64,000 nt of DNA from Octopus vulgaris (GCA_951406725.2 OX597814.1:171988001-172052000); one strand, 5' to 3'; counted from the stretch's first letter, positions 26,105-38,152 are shown. Made by a program: numbers and translations. The notes: generated by a model from the sequence alone, not told the origin.

Positions 26105-29025
26105 ATGTACGTGGCATCAACCCATCAATTATTGCCCAAAAATGGAAGATCCCATATATAGAGAGTTGGCTTGCCGAAATGGCACATTGCTTCCCTTTCT
26201 TTATCCTTACCGAGACTCACCTGAACAACACCCATATGGACGCAGAGGTGAAAATAAAAGATTTCACCATTGTTCGTGCGGATCGCACAGACCGAAATAA
26301 GGGAGGGACAGCCATCTTTATCCACGACTCCTTTTCACTTGATGCCAAGGACACATTTTCCAATGGCTACTGTGAATCGGTATCAGTATACAACAAAGCC
26401 AAGGACATAACCATTGTTGGTCTTTACAGGCCTCCCCAGGCACCTCTAAAGTACTTTGAAGAGTGCCTTAGCAAAGTCAAGTCCTTCCTTCGGAAGTACC
26501 ACTCCGGAAACATAATAGTGATGGGTGATTTTAACCTCCCTCATGTGAACTGGCCCACAAATACTCCGAAGTTAGGCAAGTGCTCTACATCAGATAGGGC
26601 AGCAGCAGAACTGCTCTTTAATCTGATGGATGAGTATTTCCTGACTCAGCTAGTGCTTGAACCAACGAGACAGAATAAAACGATCTTGGATCTGGTACTG
26701 ACCAATCACTCTAGCTACGTTCACAGCATTTCAGTCGAAAAAACTCTCCTCTCAGACCACGACATGGTACTCTGCAATCTTAATTCCCGACGTATAAAAA
26801 CCAAACCAGCCAATCCCACTCCATGGCACCCATTTGACAACATAAATTTCCACAAAGCGGACTGGGGAACAATCAGAAAGGATCTGTCTTCCATCGACTG
26901 GTCTTTTACTCTCAATTCCCCTCATATTGAGACCGCGTGGCAGCACTTTGAAACCATTGTCACCGACACATGCTCTAAACACGCTCCCAACAAATCTACT
27001 AACACAAACAGAAACCGGCTCCCTAAAAAGAAAAAAACACTCATCAGGCGCATCAAAAGACTCAACAAAAAAATCAACCAATTAAAATATTCCCACACGC
27101 AACATCCACATTCAACAACAATGAAAAGACTAGAGCTGGAAAAACTTCATCTGCAGACTAACATGAAAACCTCCATTGAAAATCAAAGAGCTGTGGAGGA
27201 ACAATGGGTAATCAAAAACATCAAACAGAACCCAAAAGTGTTCTATTCTTATGCAAATAAGCATAGAACCACTGTCTCACCTATTGGGCCATTGATTGAT
27301 GAAAACGGCATTCCCCAACACGATGCTAAAGAAATGGCAGAAATACTGCAGAAACAATATTGCTCTGTCTTCAGTGTTCCCACTGATATTGATGTGAGGG
27401 AAACGAACGAAGCTGACTCCCAACACAAAATCGCAGACATAACCTTCACTGCCACCGACATCATAGCAGCAATAAATGAGGTCAAACATTACTCCGCTGT
27501 AGGCCCTGATAGATTTCCCGCCAGTCTCCTGAAGGAATGTAGATATCAACTTGCAGTCCCTCTGACCAACCTCTGGAGAAACTCATTAGACGCAGGTTAT
27601 ATACCGAATAAGTTTCTATCCCAGTCGGTCATCCCGGTTTTCAAACAGGGAAACAGATCCCTCGCAGTCAACTATCGCCCAATCTCACTCACCTCCCACA
27701 TCATCAAAGTGTTTGAAAGAGTGTTAAGATCAAGGATAGCTGACTTCCTGGAGACCCACAAACTCCTAAATTCAAATCAACATGGCTTTCGCTGTGGCAG
27801 GGACTGTCTAACACAGCTCTTACACCACATTGAAGATGTACTCAAAGCCTTGGGAACAGGTTCGAACTCTGACGTCATATACCTTGACTTCAGTAAAGCG
27901 TTCGACAGGGTAGACCATAACATCCTACTCTCAAAATTGGCAAATGTTGGAATCCGTGGAAAAGTTCTACACTGGATTCAGTATTTCCTAGCGAATAGAA
28001 CACAACATGTTGTAGTTGATGGAGTCCACTCAAACCCAGCAAAAGTCACCAGCGGTGTTCCCCAGGGAACTGTTTTGGGTCCGCTACTCTTCATAATTTA
28101 TGTAAACGACCTTTCCAGTGTCGTACATCACTGCAAAGTGAAAATATTCGCTGATGACACTAAGCTCCAGCAAATCGTCAATGAAGAAGCAGACCGAACT
28201 CAACTCCAGTCTGACCTATATGCTGTGAGTCAATGGGCAGACAGAAACAAAATGCAACTGAATGAGGGAAAATTTGAGCTGATGCATTTTGGAAGAAATT
28301 CCTCACTAAAACAACCATACTCTCTTCCTTCAGGGGAACCGCTCACAGCCTCTAACAATATCAGAGACCTGGGTGTAATTGTTGATGACGATCTCAGTTG
28401 GAGTGCACACATCAACAAGAAGGTCGATACAGCTCGTAGGATGAGTTCCTGGATCTTAAGAACTTTCCGGTCCAGAGAACAAGGTGTCATCATACCACTT
28501 TTTTCATCCTTTGTACGGCCACACCTTGAATACTGCTGCCCACTGTGGTCTCCTCACACAAGACAAAACATCTCCAGAATTGAGTCACCCCAGAGGGCTC
28601 TCACTAAACAAATTGAAGGCATGGCTGCTCTCGACTATTGGGATCGCCTTAAAGCCTTGAAACTTTACTCCCTCCAGCGTCGCCGTGAGCGGTACATCAT
28701 TTGTACGATGTGGAAAATATACCGCCAACTTTGCCCAAACGACCTAAACATTAGCTTCAAGGTTCATCCGAGACTTGGACCACGGGCTATACGTCCGCTG
28801 CCAAATTCAAGATCACAACATACATGTACACTGCAACATAATTTCTTTTCCTCAACAGGCCCTGCCCTATTTAACATTGTCCCGAGGGAGATCAAAGAGG
28901 AAAAGGATCCCATCAACTTCAAACAGAGTCTGGATGGATTCCTTCAAAGAATACCAGACAAGCCACCCATAATTGGATACAACTCACCCAACAAGAACTC
29001 ACTACTTGAACAAAACTTGACTTAA
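26044..29025 (+). CDS. LINE ORF2: apurinic/apyrimidinic-like endonuclease + reverse transcriptase, 993 aa
   Basis: APE motifs LLNVRG, LTETHL, YRPP, GDFN, LDLVLT, SDH. RT motifs YRPISLTS, QHGF, YLDFSKAFD, GVPQGTVLGPLLF, FADD (28147-28158), DLGVIVD. CR1-type C-terminus RPHLEYCCPLWSP, LYSLQRRRER. No stops. Confidence 0.97.
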   Translation: MQITRTTHPLPTSLTSTFLLNVRGINPSIIAQKWKIPYIESWLAEMAHCFPFFILTETHLNNTHMDAEVKIKDFTIVRADRTDRNKGGTAIFIHDSFSLDAKDTFSNGYCESVSVYNKAKDITIVGLYRPPQAPLKYFEECLSKVKSFLRKYHSGNIIVMGDFNLPHVNWPTNTPKLGKCSTSDRAAAELLFNLMDEYFLTQLVLEPTRQNKTILDLVLTNHSSYVHSISVEKTLLSDHDMVLCNLNSRRIKTKPANPTPWHPFDNINFHKADWGTIRKDLSSIDWSFTLNSPHIETAWQHFETIVTDTCSKHAPNKSTNTNRNRLPKKKKTLIRRIKRLNKKINQLKYSHTQHPHSTTMKRLELEKLHLQTNMKTSIENQRAVEEQWVIKNIKQNPKVFYSYANKHRTTVSPIGPLIDENGIPQHDAKEMAEILQKQYCSVFSVPTDIDVRETNEADSQHKIADITFTATDIIAAINEVKHYSAVGPDRFPASLLKECRYQLAVPLTNLWRNSLDAGYIPNKFLSQSVIPVFKQGNRSLAVNYRPISLTSHIIKVFERVLRSRIADFLETHKLLNSNQHGFRCGRDCLTQLLHHIEDVLKALGTGSNSDVIYLDFSKAFDRVDHNILLSKLANVGIRGKVLHWIQYFLANRTQHVVVDGVHSNPAKVTSGVPQGTVLGPLLFIIYVNDLSSVVHHCKVKIFADDTKLQQIVNEEADRTQLQSDLYAVSQWADRNKMQLNEGKFELMHFGRNSSLKQPYSLPSGEPLTASNNIRDLGVIVDDDLSWSAHINKKVDTARRMSSWILRTFRSREQGVIIPLFSSFVRPHLEYCCPLWSPHTRQNISRIESPQRALTKQIEGMAALDYWDRLKALKLYSLQRRRERYIICTMWKIYRQLCPNDLNISFKVHPRLGPRAIRPLPNSRSQHTCTLQHNFFSSTGPALFNIVPREIKEEKDPINFKQSLDGFLQRIPDKPPIIGYNSPNKNSLLEQNLT

Positions 29026-29521
29026 ACAGGATTCGAATAATCCTATCAGGTGGTGCTATTAAGTTAGACATGGCCTGGACCAATCTCTGGTCGAAACATA
29101 TCTAAGTTTTATCTAAGTTTTTATCTAGATGAGGCTTAGATTCTAATCATGCAGATCTCATCATTGCTGTATATGATTTATCCTTAACAAAAGATGTTAT
29201 GTATGACGCGTGGTTGCATGTTATGCTAGAAATAGAAACCAGTTCGACTGCAAGTCATATCTTTACTCTGGTACAAATGGAACACATTGGATTTTTTGGT
29301 CTTGGGTTCCGTTCGTTGCAACATTGGTAAAATATGGAATTGTCGCATTTGGAATGATTTTAATTATGCGTCTCCTTCATTAGTGTTGATTTAGGGGTAT
29401 GTTATATGCCCATGCACACTTACATGTTATACATACCTACATATACATACACGCACACACGCACGCGCACACGCACACACACATACAAACATATATACAC
29501 ACATATATAAGATATATGTAA

Positions 29522-30150
29522 AGGCGGCGATGTAATCGACTTAATCCCTTTGTCTGCCCTTGTTTGTCCCCGCTATGTTTAGCCCCTTGTGGGCAATAAA
29601 GAAATAAGAAACGTTAGCACGCCGGGCGAAATGCGAAGCCGTATTTCGTCTGCCGTTACGTTCTGAGTTCAAATTCCGCCGAGGTCGACTTTGCCTTTCA
29701 TCCTTTCGGGGTCGATTAAATAAGTACCAGGTACGCACTGGGGTCGATGTAATCGATTTAATCCGTCTGTCTGTCCTTGTTTGTCTCCTCTGTGTTTAGT
29801 CCCTTGTGGGTAGTAAAGAAATAGGTATTTCGTCTGTCTTTCTGTTCTGAGTTCAATTTCCGCCGAGGTCGACTTCACCTTTCATCCTTACGGGGTCGAT
29901 AAATTAAATACCAGTTGCGTACTGGAGTCGATGTAATCGACTGACCCCACTCTCCGAAAATTTCGGGCCTTGTGCCTAGAGTAGAAAAGAATATTTCATT
30001 CGTTCGTACGTTCTGAGTTCAAATTCTGTCGAAGTCTACTTTGCCTCCCATCCTTTCGAGATCCATAACATAATACTTGTTGATTACTGGTGTGGATGTA
30101 AGCGGTTAGCTCCTTCTGAAATTTCAGGCCTTGTGCCTGTAGTACAAAGG
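29522..30150 (+). mobile_element. SINE family B multimer plus an older degenerate unit
   Basis: Repeated GTTCTGAGTTCAA(A/T)TTCCGCCGAGGTCGAC units at ~29660, ~29845 and ~30010. Two alternative tails are seen (..GTGGGTAGTAAAGAAATA and ..GGCCTTGTGCCTAGAGTAGAAA). Confidence 0.85.
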
Positions 30151-30599
30151 ATTACTTTCTAGCTATATTTATTTGTATTCGAGCAACTTCGTACAAATAC
30201 TTATTTTTAAATTTCTCAATGCTTTGAAAATACGATACTCACGTGACCACAATCACGTGCACACAGTCACGTGCGCACAGTGATTTCTAATGTTTCTCTA
30301 ACCTTTTCCCTAACCTTATCTTCCTATAGTTAAAGTACACGACACCCTTATTGCGATCTTTTTTTGTAGATTTTGTTTTATTCAAATTTAAAACAGCTTG
30401 ACAACTCAACGATACTCTAAATCAGTGTTCCTCAAAACAATATTATGAGGGTTTGTAACGTTTTAAGCAAATTGCATGCGATGAAAGAATTATATGAAGA
30501 CGAAATGCGGATGTGCTGATAATTTTCAGTAAGTTTCAGAATACTCTAGGTTATTGTTATAACTCAGCTGGAAACCATTGCTTTTTTATTTTAAATAAA

Positions 30600-33100
30600 A
30601 GTAATATTAGATATTGTTGTATTTCGGGACGGTCATTTTTTTTTTTTGCCAAACAAGCACACGCACTCGTTTAATACTGTTTTTATTCTAACTCGTCTCG
30701 ATTGTCCAGAAATCTTTTGTACGCATTTGTGACCTCCTCAGCAGCACTTTCCGACATCGTGTGTGCTCTCGTACTGCTTTTTCCATTCTGTTCTTCTATG
30801 ATTTGTGTACATGTGTGTGTGTCATTGTTCTTAGAGGCACTTTGACCCTCCCCTCAGCCCGTCCCCTACCCTGTTGCCGTTGTTGCAACCCTTGGACCCG
30901 ACTTTTTGTACCGTTCTTATAACTCACTGTGTCTGTATGTTCGCCCACGCTACCGTCTTCTATGATTTGTGTACATGTGTGTGTGTCATTGTTCTTAGAG
31001 GCACTTTGACCCTCCCCTCAGCCCGTCCCCTACCCTGTTGCCGTTGTTGCAACCCTTGGACCCGACTTTTTGTACCGTTCTTATAACTCACTGTGTCTGT
31101 ATGTTCGCCCACGCTACTGTCTTCTATGATTTGTGTACATGTGTGTGTGTCATTGTTCTTGGAGGCACTTTGACCCTCCCCTCAGCCCGTCCCCTACCCT
31201 GTTGCCGTTGTTGCAACCCTTGGACCCGACTTTTTGTACCGTTCTTATAACTCACTGTGTCTGTATGTTCGCCCACGCTACTGTCATTATGGTAGCTGTT
31301 GTTATTGCCGTTGTTGCCATTGTTGTTAGTGTTGTTGATATTGTTGCGACCGTCTTTGAAGTTACCGTATGTGTGCTTCTGTATGCATATGGGTTCGCTT
31401 CTTATGTTGTTCGTATCCATGCCCTTTGTACAGTTTTATTTTTATGTCTCTAATTTTTGTTGTATTTATCATAGGTGTGTGCATTATATGTGTATTACGC
31501 TGTCTATTGTATCTGGTTTTTTTCTCTCTTTAGTCTTTAGTCGTCATGTTGTGCGATGTGGTGGTGGGTGTTATTGTTCTATTCGTGTTTTCTGTCGAGA
31601 CTCGGTCTGTCTATTGCTATGTGTATAGCCTCTGTAATCTGTCTAAGTGTTGTGTCAGTTCTATGCGTTGATAATACTTTGACCTCTATGCTATTGACTG
31701 AGCCTCTATGTTATCCTTGAGCATGTTGGTAGAACACTGACGAGCTTTTCTCTTCTTTGAACTCTCGCCAGTGTCCACTTATACGTTTTCCTATGCAGCA
31801 TGCAGTTTCTCCAATGTAAATAGTTGTCATGCTTCTGCACCGTCCCTCAGTAGATCGTAAACTATACATTATATTACTGGTCTTACAGCTAACCTATGGG
31901 TTCATCCTGCGTACAATACTATTGTTCTCCGTACATAGGGATCTTTCGAAGAGATAAGTTCTACAGATCAGGGATTTTATAAAGGAATCAGGCCTTTCTA
32001 CTACTCTAATCCGTAGCTTGGCCTTATCTAATGTTTTCCTTAAAAAAGTATAGCATCAACGAACTTGACAATGATATTTAATTGTCATACTATGAGATGG
32101 CCTTATCTATCTTTTTTCTGGTCCTTTCTGTGCTGTGCCAGGATTTATTCCTGTATAGCAGGCAGATCCCCTATGAATCACTCTTTGCGATGGCTTTGTA
32201 CTTAGCCATGACTCCTTTGTACACTCTAATCCTGTCCCTTTGGACAGAACTGCACGTGGCGGATGAAGTGTTATATGTCTCTTTTCATTTCCATAGGGTC
32301 ACGCATGCGAGACACATTCCTCATCACTCTCAAGTCTGCTATAAGAATATTGAACTTGTTGTCCGCAATCGCTGTGTTGTTGTGGTCAAGGTATTTAGAA
32401 GCCATGGGTTTAGCGTAATGAGAATGAAGGATCTGAACCTTATTGTGCTTGGTTTCTAACCAGAGTTCCGTGTCTAAAACTGGTAGCCTATAGTTGGGGT
32501 GCTTGTTAGGGTACTCTATCGTTACTTTGATATTCTAGTGGATGGAGTAAGATATTGAGTTAGCTATTTGCTAGGTGCTCTCCATATTGTTAGCTTCTAG
32601 ATCATCATCATTGTCTTGTAGGAGTGCTTTGGCTACTATGTTGATATCATTCACATAGCGGGAATACATGTTTAGGGTTATGGGGTTCTCTGCTAAATTC
32701 TCTTTGAGTCTCCTATCTCACCATACTATAAATAGGTTAGCTACATCACCAGCGATACGGACACCGATGGCTGCACCTTCCACTTGGGCGTATATCTTGT
32801 TATTAAACTTAAATATGTGGCCCTTGTGTGTGATCTTGGTACTCGCACCTACAGCATGTGCGACCATCTTTTTAACCTGATCATCGTTTTCGGGGGTTCC
32901 GTATAGTTCTAGTCCACCCGTTCCATCTCTCTCTAGGAGTTTTCCTAGCCATAGAAGTTATAGTAAGGAGCCTACATCTTACCGATCTAGTGGGGCAGAA
33001 ACAACTATGGTCATGTTCATCGAAGTAATAGTTGTCACATATTAGATAATGTTGTACTATTGCCTGAAATAGTCGCGGCTGGAATGCCTTTAATCAAAAG
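30600..33100 (-). mobile_element. Degenerate 5'-truncated Penelope-like element (RT + C-terminal GIY-YIG endonuclease)
   Basis: Minus strand RT: HIFKFNNKIYAQVEGAAIGVRIAGDVANLF (~32730-32820) and YSRYVND (32646-32666, decayed YVDD). Linker IRVVERP..IKSL. GIY-YIG: CKTSNIMY...YIGET..RISGH..FYQH..LRQITEAIHI..RPSLDRKHE (~31580-31890). Several stops. Decayed CTGAGGA-stem hammerhead-like motif near 30710-30745. Confidence 0.85.
30792..31283. repeat. 164-bp tandem repeat, three near-identical copies
   Basis: Units start at 30792, 30956 and 31120 and differ at only about two positions. Confidence 0.95.
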
Positions 33101-33107
33101 TCTACAT

Positions 33108-33268
33108 ACGCAGGAGTGGCTGTGTGGTAAGTAGCTTGCTAACCAACCACATGGTTCTGGGTTCAGTCCCACTGCGTGGCATCTTGGGCAAGTGTCTTCT
33201 GCTATAGCCCCGGGCCGACCAATGCCTTGTAAGTGGATTTGATAGACGGAAACTGAAAGAAGCCTGTC

Positions 33269-33344
<76 letters not shown>

Positions 33345-33560
33345 TTGTGTGTCTGTGTTTGTCCCCCAGCATTGCTTGACAACCGATGCTGGTGTGTTTA
33401 CGTCCCCGTAACTTAGCGATTCGGCAAATGAGACCGATAGAATAAGTACTGGGCTTACAAAGAATAAGTTCCGGGGTCGATTTGCTCGACTAAAGGCGGT
33501 GCTCCAGCATGGCCGCAGTCAAATGACTGAAACAAGTAAAAGAGTAAAGAGTGAAAGAGT
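33108..33560 (+). mobile_element. SINE family A, full-length
   Basis: GCAGGAGTGGCTGTGTGGTAAG head with A-box-like TGGCTGTGTGG and B-box-like GGTTCAGTCCC, CCTTGGGCAAGT-like segment, internal (TA)n(TG)n, (GTAAAAGA)n-like tail. Confidence 0.92.
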
Positions 33561-34638
33561 ATATCTGAGGTTTGACTTGAGACTGAAAAATAACATTGGT
33601 CATTGCTTCAAAGCCAGCAATTTTGAAGGAGGTGTCGGTCGATTCCATTGACCTCAGCACTTGTTTATCATTTTATGTTATCGATCACCAAAAGATAAAA
33701 GGCTAAGTCGACCTCGGTGGGATTTCAAATCCTAAAGAGCTTGACTGAATACTGCAAAGCATATGTTCGACTAATTTAACAACTCTGCCGGCTTGCCGTC
33801 TAAATTATCAGCGAGAAAGCGTCTACGTCGTTGTTCAACCGTCAAGAAATGGTAGCCGAACCTCCTTCAAATTACATGCTGTCATGTTGAAAGACAGAAG
33901 CCACCTGGGATAATGTAGTTCTATGTACACAACGTTCAAAATAAATGTACGATAGGATGGCCATAGCTGGAAGACCATTGCTCATTGATGTGTTCAATCA
34001 GCAGTTGGTCTGCGATCGAGCAACAATAGTAGCGAAAAGACAACAAAAAGAAAAAAACAACAGCATCCAGAACAAACTCATTCTCCTTCAGTCAGACATA
34101 CCTTCATCAATTCCTCCATCCACCCCCCATCACCTCAGTAATGTCGGTAATGCTAGCCATGGTTTACGACCTTCTTCTGGAAGCAAAGATGTGAGTATGA
34201 TGGTGATGATAGTGGGGTACAGAAGGCATGTTGGTAGGGTTGAACGCTGTCTTTCTTTCACCAAACTCTTCCATCTTTTCCCTTTCTTCTTTCGTGGTTT
34301 GTTTCCGGTATTTCTTCCTATTTTTGTTGTTTGGAATTTTGTTTGGTCGCCTCAATGTCTGCAATATTCTTTTTCCTGATAACTATGTGGTTATATGGTT
34401 ATGTGGTTCATTTTTGGTTAGAGATAGATGATTGTGTATCATTTATTTAGAGGTTTTCATACTTTTTTATAATATGCATATAACATTAAAAGAACAGGGC
34501 TGGAGAATCAATATATATACATTATACATACATACATATATAGCCCGATCACAGTGATATAAATATATATCACTGTGATCACCGTGACCGACCAGGCTAT
34601 ATATGTATGTATAATGTATATATATATATATACACAAA

Positions 34639-34671
<33 letters not shown>

Positions 34672-34675
34672 CAAA

Positions 34676-34718
<43 letters not shown>

Positions 34719-34751
34719 AATATATATTATATATCATATATATATATATAG

Positions 34752-35025
34752 GAACAGGGACGGTTGTGTGGTAAGAAGCTTGCTTTCCAGCTACATGGTT
34801 CCGGGTTCAGTCCCACTGCGTGTCCCCTTTGGCATGTGTCTTCTACTATATCCTCGGGCCGACCATAGCCTTGTGAGTGTATTTGGTAGACAGAAACTGA
34901 AAGAAGCTCGTTGTCTATATACGTGTATGTGTGTGTGTGCGTATGAGAGTGTGTGTTTGTATATGTTTGTGTGTCTATGTTTGTCCCCCACCCCACCATC
35001 GCTTGGCAACCGATGTTGGTGTGAT
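34752..35025 (+). mobile_element. SINE family A, 3'-truncated
   Basis: Head and first half of the body only. Confidence 0.8.
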
Positions 35026-35318
35026 TAGGACCCCTTAACTTACCCTCACTCCCACCAAATTTCAGGCCTTGTGACTATAGTGGGAAAGATTACTTGAACA
35101 TGAATGCTGGAATTTATTGTTCGATAAACATGTCTAATAACACCGGTATATGTCTCAATGTATTTTTTGTATTTGTTGAATTGTTTTAAATAATGCTAAT
35201 TTGAATTTTCCCCACCGCATAAATATTTTAAAATCAAATTTGTAATGCCCACTACTTTAAATATGTTAAAGCTAACTTACCCATTTATAATATCGATTAA
35301 TCTGTTTATCATTACCTT

Positions 35319-35393
<75 letters not shown>

Positions 35394-36664
35394 GCCTGTC
35401 TGTCTGTCTGTCTGACTGCCTGCCTGCCTGCCTGCCTGCCTACCTGCCTGCCTGTCTGCCTGTCTGTCTGTTTGTCTGTTTGTCTGTCTGTCTGTCTAGA
35501 GATACTACGGTCCTGAAAAGCTTGTCATTCTGTTACGTAAAAACGTGTCTACATGAAAATCAGTGGAAAGTACGCTTTGCATTACAGAATTTACACATTA
35601 TGGAAAGATTACTAGGAACGCAATACTTCCGTAATTATTTTTCGAAGATACTTATAATATTCTCTAAAATTGTTATCACAATCAATCTGGATATTCTGTG
35701 GAAGTCGATTTTATAACCACGAAAATTTAGCTACCGATTAATGTTATCAAATTGGATGGCCTTTAAAATTAGTGCTATCAAAATGAATGGCCCTTAAAAT
35801 TAAAAAGTTTTGTTGATGCACATACATGAGGCCTTTTATACAGCTTTTCTACAGTAAATGAAGTTTTGGATGAAGTTTCAAATAACAGTGATCAGAAGAG
35901 TGTATGTACGCAAACTCGGAAACTACTTTCAACGTTGACGAAGTTGAAAATAGTAATAATATTCCTACTGTGCAATAAAATATAACTGTTTTTAAGTACT
36001 GATTCTCCTCCGCAATTTTCTGGCCAAGACTTTAACACGTCTTGTGCACCTAATGATTCTATTTGTAAGGATATATTAAAGCTATACATCAAACTTTCAG
36101 ACTTTGTGAGGTATGATCCAAGCGCTTGAATGAGGGATAGGGATTATCATCAACAAACTGGCAGAGAACCCAGGAGAACTAGCATATATGATGATTTCAG
36201 TGGTTACAGCACGCTTGATCCACTTCCTAAATCTCAATCACATCAGAGGTTAAAAGACTGGTATTTCTTGTTCTTAATGATAGCTGGCTTTCTGCGTTGT
36301 CAAAACGCTAGAAAGCTTATCACAAAGTGAATGAAGTAATTGGCTTACTTTATCTGTTACACCTGGAAATGATTTTCAAAAAAGCCATAAAATCTTGTTG
36401 AATCATATCTAGGAAGTTTCGAGAAATATCTTGGTGAAAAATTTAGGAAGATTACTGAAGTATTTAAAACTGATCTTTCTCATCATATAGACAAAAGCAA
36501 AACCTTTCAGCGTTGCAGTTTTTCCTTCTGTAAACTGATAATTCTGTGGAGTTTCTCTTGCTTTCAAATAAAGATAATGCCTAAATGAAGCAGTACCATG
36601 TATGAAAACAGATTGAACGTTCTCGCCGTAATAAGCAAGGAACAAAAGGAAAATAAATATAGAT

Positions 36665-37083
36665 ACTCTTTTACTCTTTTTACTTGTTTCAGTCATTTGA
36701 CTGCGGCCATGCTGGAGCACCGCCTTTAGTCGAGCAAATCGACCCCAGGACATATTCTTTGCAGGCCTAGTATTTATTCTATCGGTCTCTTTTGCCGAAC
36801 CGCTATGTGATGGGGACGTAAACACACCAGCATCGGTTGTCAAGCGATGCTGGAGGGACAAACACACACACACACACACACACATACACTCACATATATA
36901 TATATATATATATATATACTACGGGCTTCTTTCAGTTTCCGTCTACCAAATCCACTCACAAAGTTTTGGTCGGCCCGAGGCTATAGTAGAAGACACTTGC
37001 CCAAGGTGCCACGCAGTGGGACTGAACCCGGAACCAGGTGGTTTGTAAGCAAGCTACTTACCACACAGTCACTCCTACGCCTA
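36665..37083 (-). mobile_element. SINE family A, full-length (followed by a degenerate family B copy at 37125-37340)
   Basis: Reverse complement of the family consensus. Confidence 0.9.
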
Positions 37084-37761
37084 TATTACAAGTATCATCA
37101 ATAGATCCAACGCATGCTACATATTTGTTTCAAATTTTGGCAGAAGGCCAGCAATTGCTGGGGAGGGATAAGTCGATTACATTGACCCCAGTTTTCAACT
37201 GGTACTTATTTTATCAATGCCGAAAGGATGAAATACCAAGTCGACCTCGGTGGAATTTGAATTCATGATGTAAAGGCCGATGAAATGCCACTAAGCATTT
37301 TGCCCGGCATGCTAATGATTCTGCCAGCACACCGCCCTAAGACCGTGTTACGTATAAAAAAAAAACCTTTTCAGCTGTAGCGTAACCAATGTAAACAGAA
37401 GTATTTTACTATATATAATATATGCTACAGGATCAGCACTAGCTTAATTTGACTTTGGTTCTTGCTCTTCCTCTCAGATTGATGAACCAAGGAGAAATAT
37501 CGTTCATTGTAGCTTTAATATAGCAAATTCATGTACACGATCCGAATCCGAAAGTATGCGAACTTCAACTGCACCGAAGCAGTTTATTTACTACCAAGCT
37601 AGGTTTTAAAATTGATGTTTTATCAGGTATTTTATAATGTCAAACTGTTTCTAGTGTGATGGTATTATTGGTTGGAAAAATTACTTTTACAGTTAATTCA
37701 TGAGTTGTATTAAGTGTATTAGAGTGTACAGACATAGACATGACTATAGATATGTATTGTA

Positions 37762-37795
<34 letters not shown>

Positions 37796-37870
37796 TATGT
37801 ATGTATACATATATATTATATGCATATACATATATATACACATATATTATATATGTGTCTATATATTTCT

Positions 37871-37994
<124 letters not shown>

Positions 37995-38093
37995 GTGCAT
38001 GCATATACATGCGCTATACATGCACACAAATACTCACTCACAAACACATACATACATATGCATTTATATACGCAGACAACACACACACACATG

Positions 38094-38152
<59 letters not shown>

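Larger units (their letters stand above)
24881..29126 (+). mobile_element. Apparently intact CR1-group LINE (ORF1 + APE/RT ORF2 + tandem-repeat tail)
   Basis: Two long overlapping ORFs, a short structured 3' UTR and a (TATCTAAGTTT)n-like tail at 29098-29126. Possible TTTATCT duplication at 24874-24880 and 29120-29126. The 5' boundary is uncertain. Confidence 0.9.

Noticed and set aside
25651-28493. Antisense ORFs within the LINE
   Set aside because: They are shadow ORFs of the long plus-strand coding sequence and carry no motifs.
29070-29104. CCTG-GACCA atctc TGGTC-GAAAC resembling hammerhead stem II plus GAAAC
   Set aside because: There is no CUGANGA box and no stem I or III. It is better explained as the LINE 3' recognition stem-loop.
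30792-31283. Regular repeats (also 10805-10932 and 23738-23849) as a CRISPR-like array
   Set aside because: They are contiguous tandem units with no unique spacers, there are no cas genes, and the context is eukaryotic.
33108-33180. tRNA genes at SINE heads
   Set aside because: A- and B-box-like motifs are present but there is no complete cloverleaf, and each continues into a SINE body.
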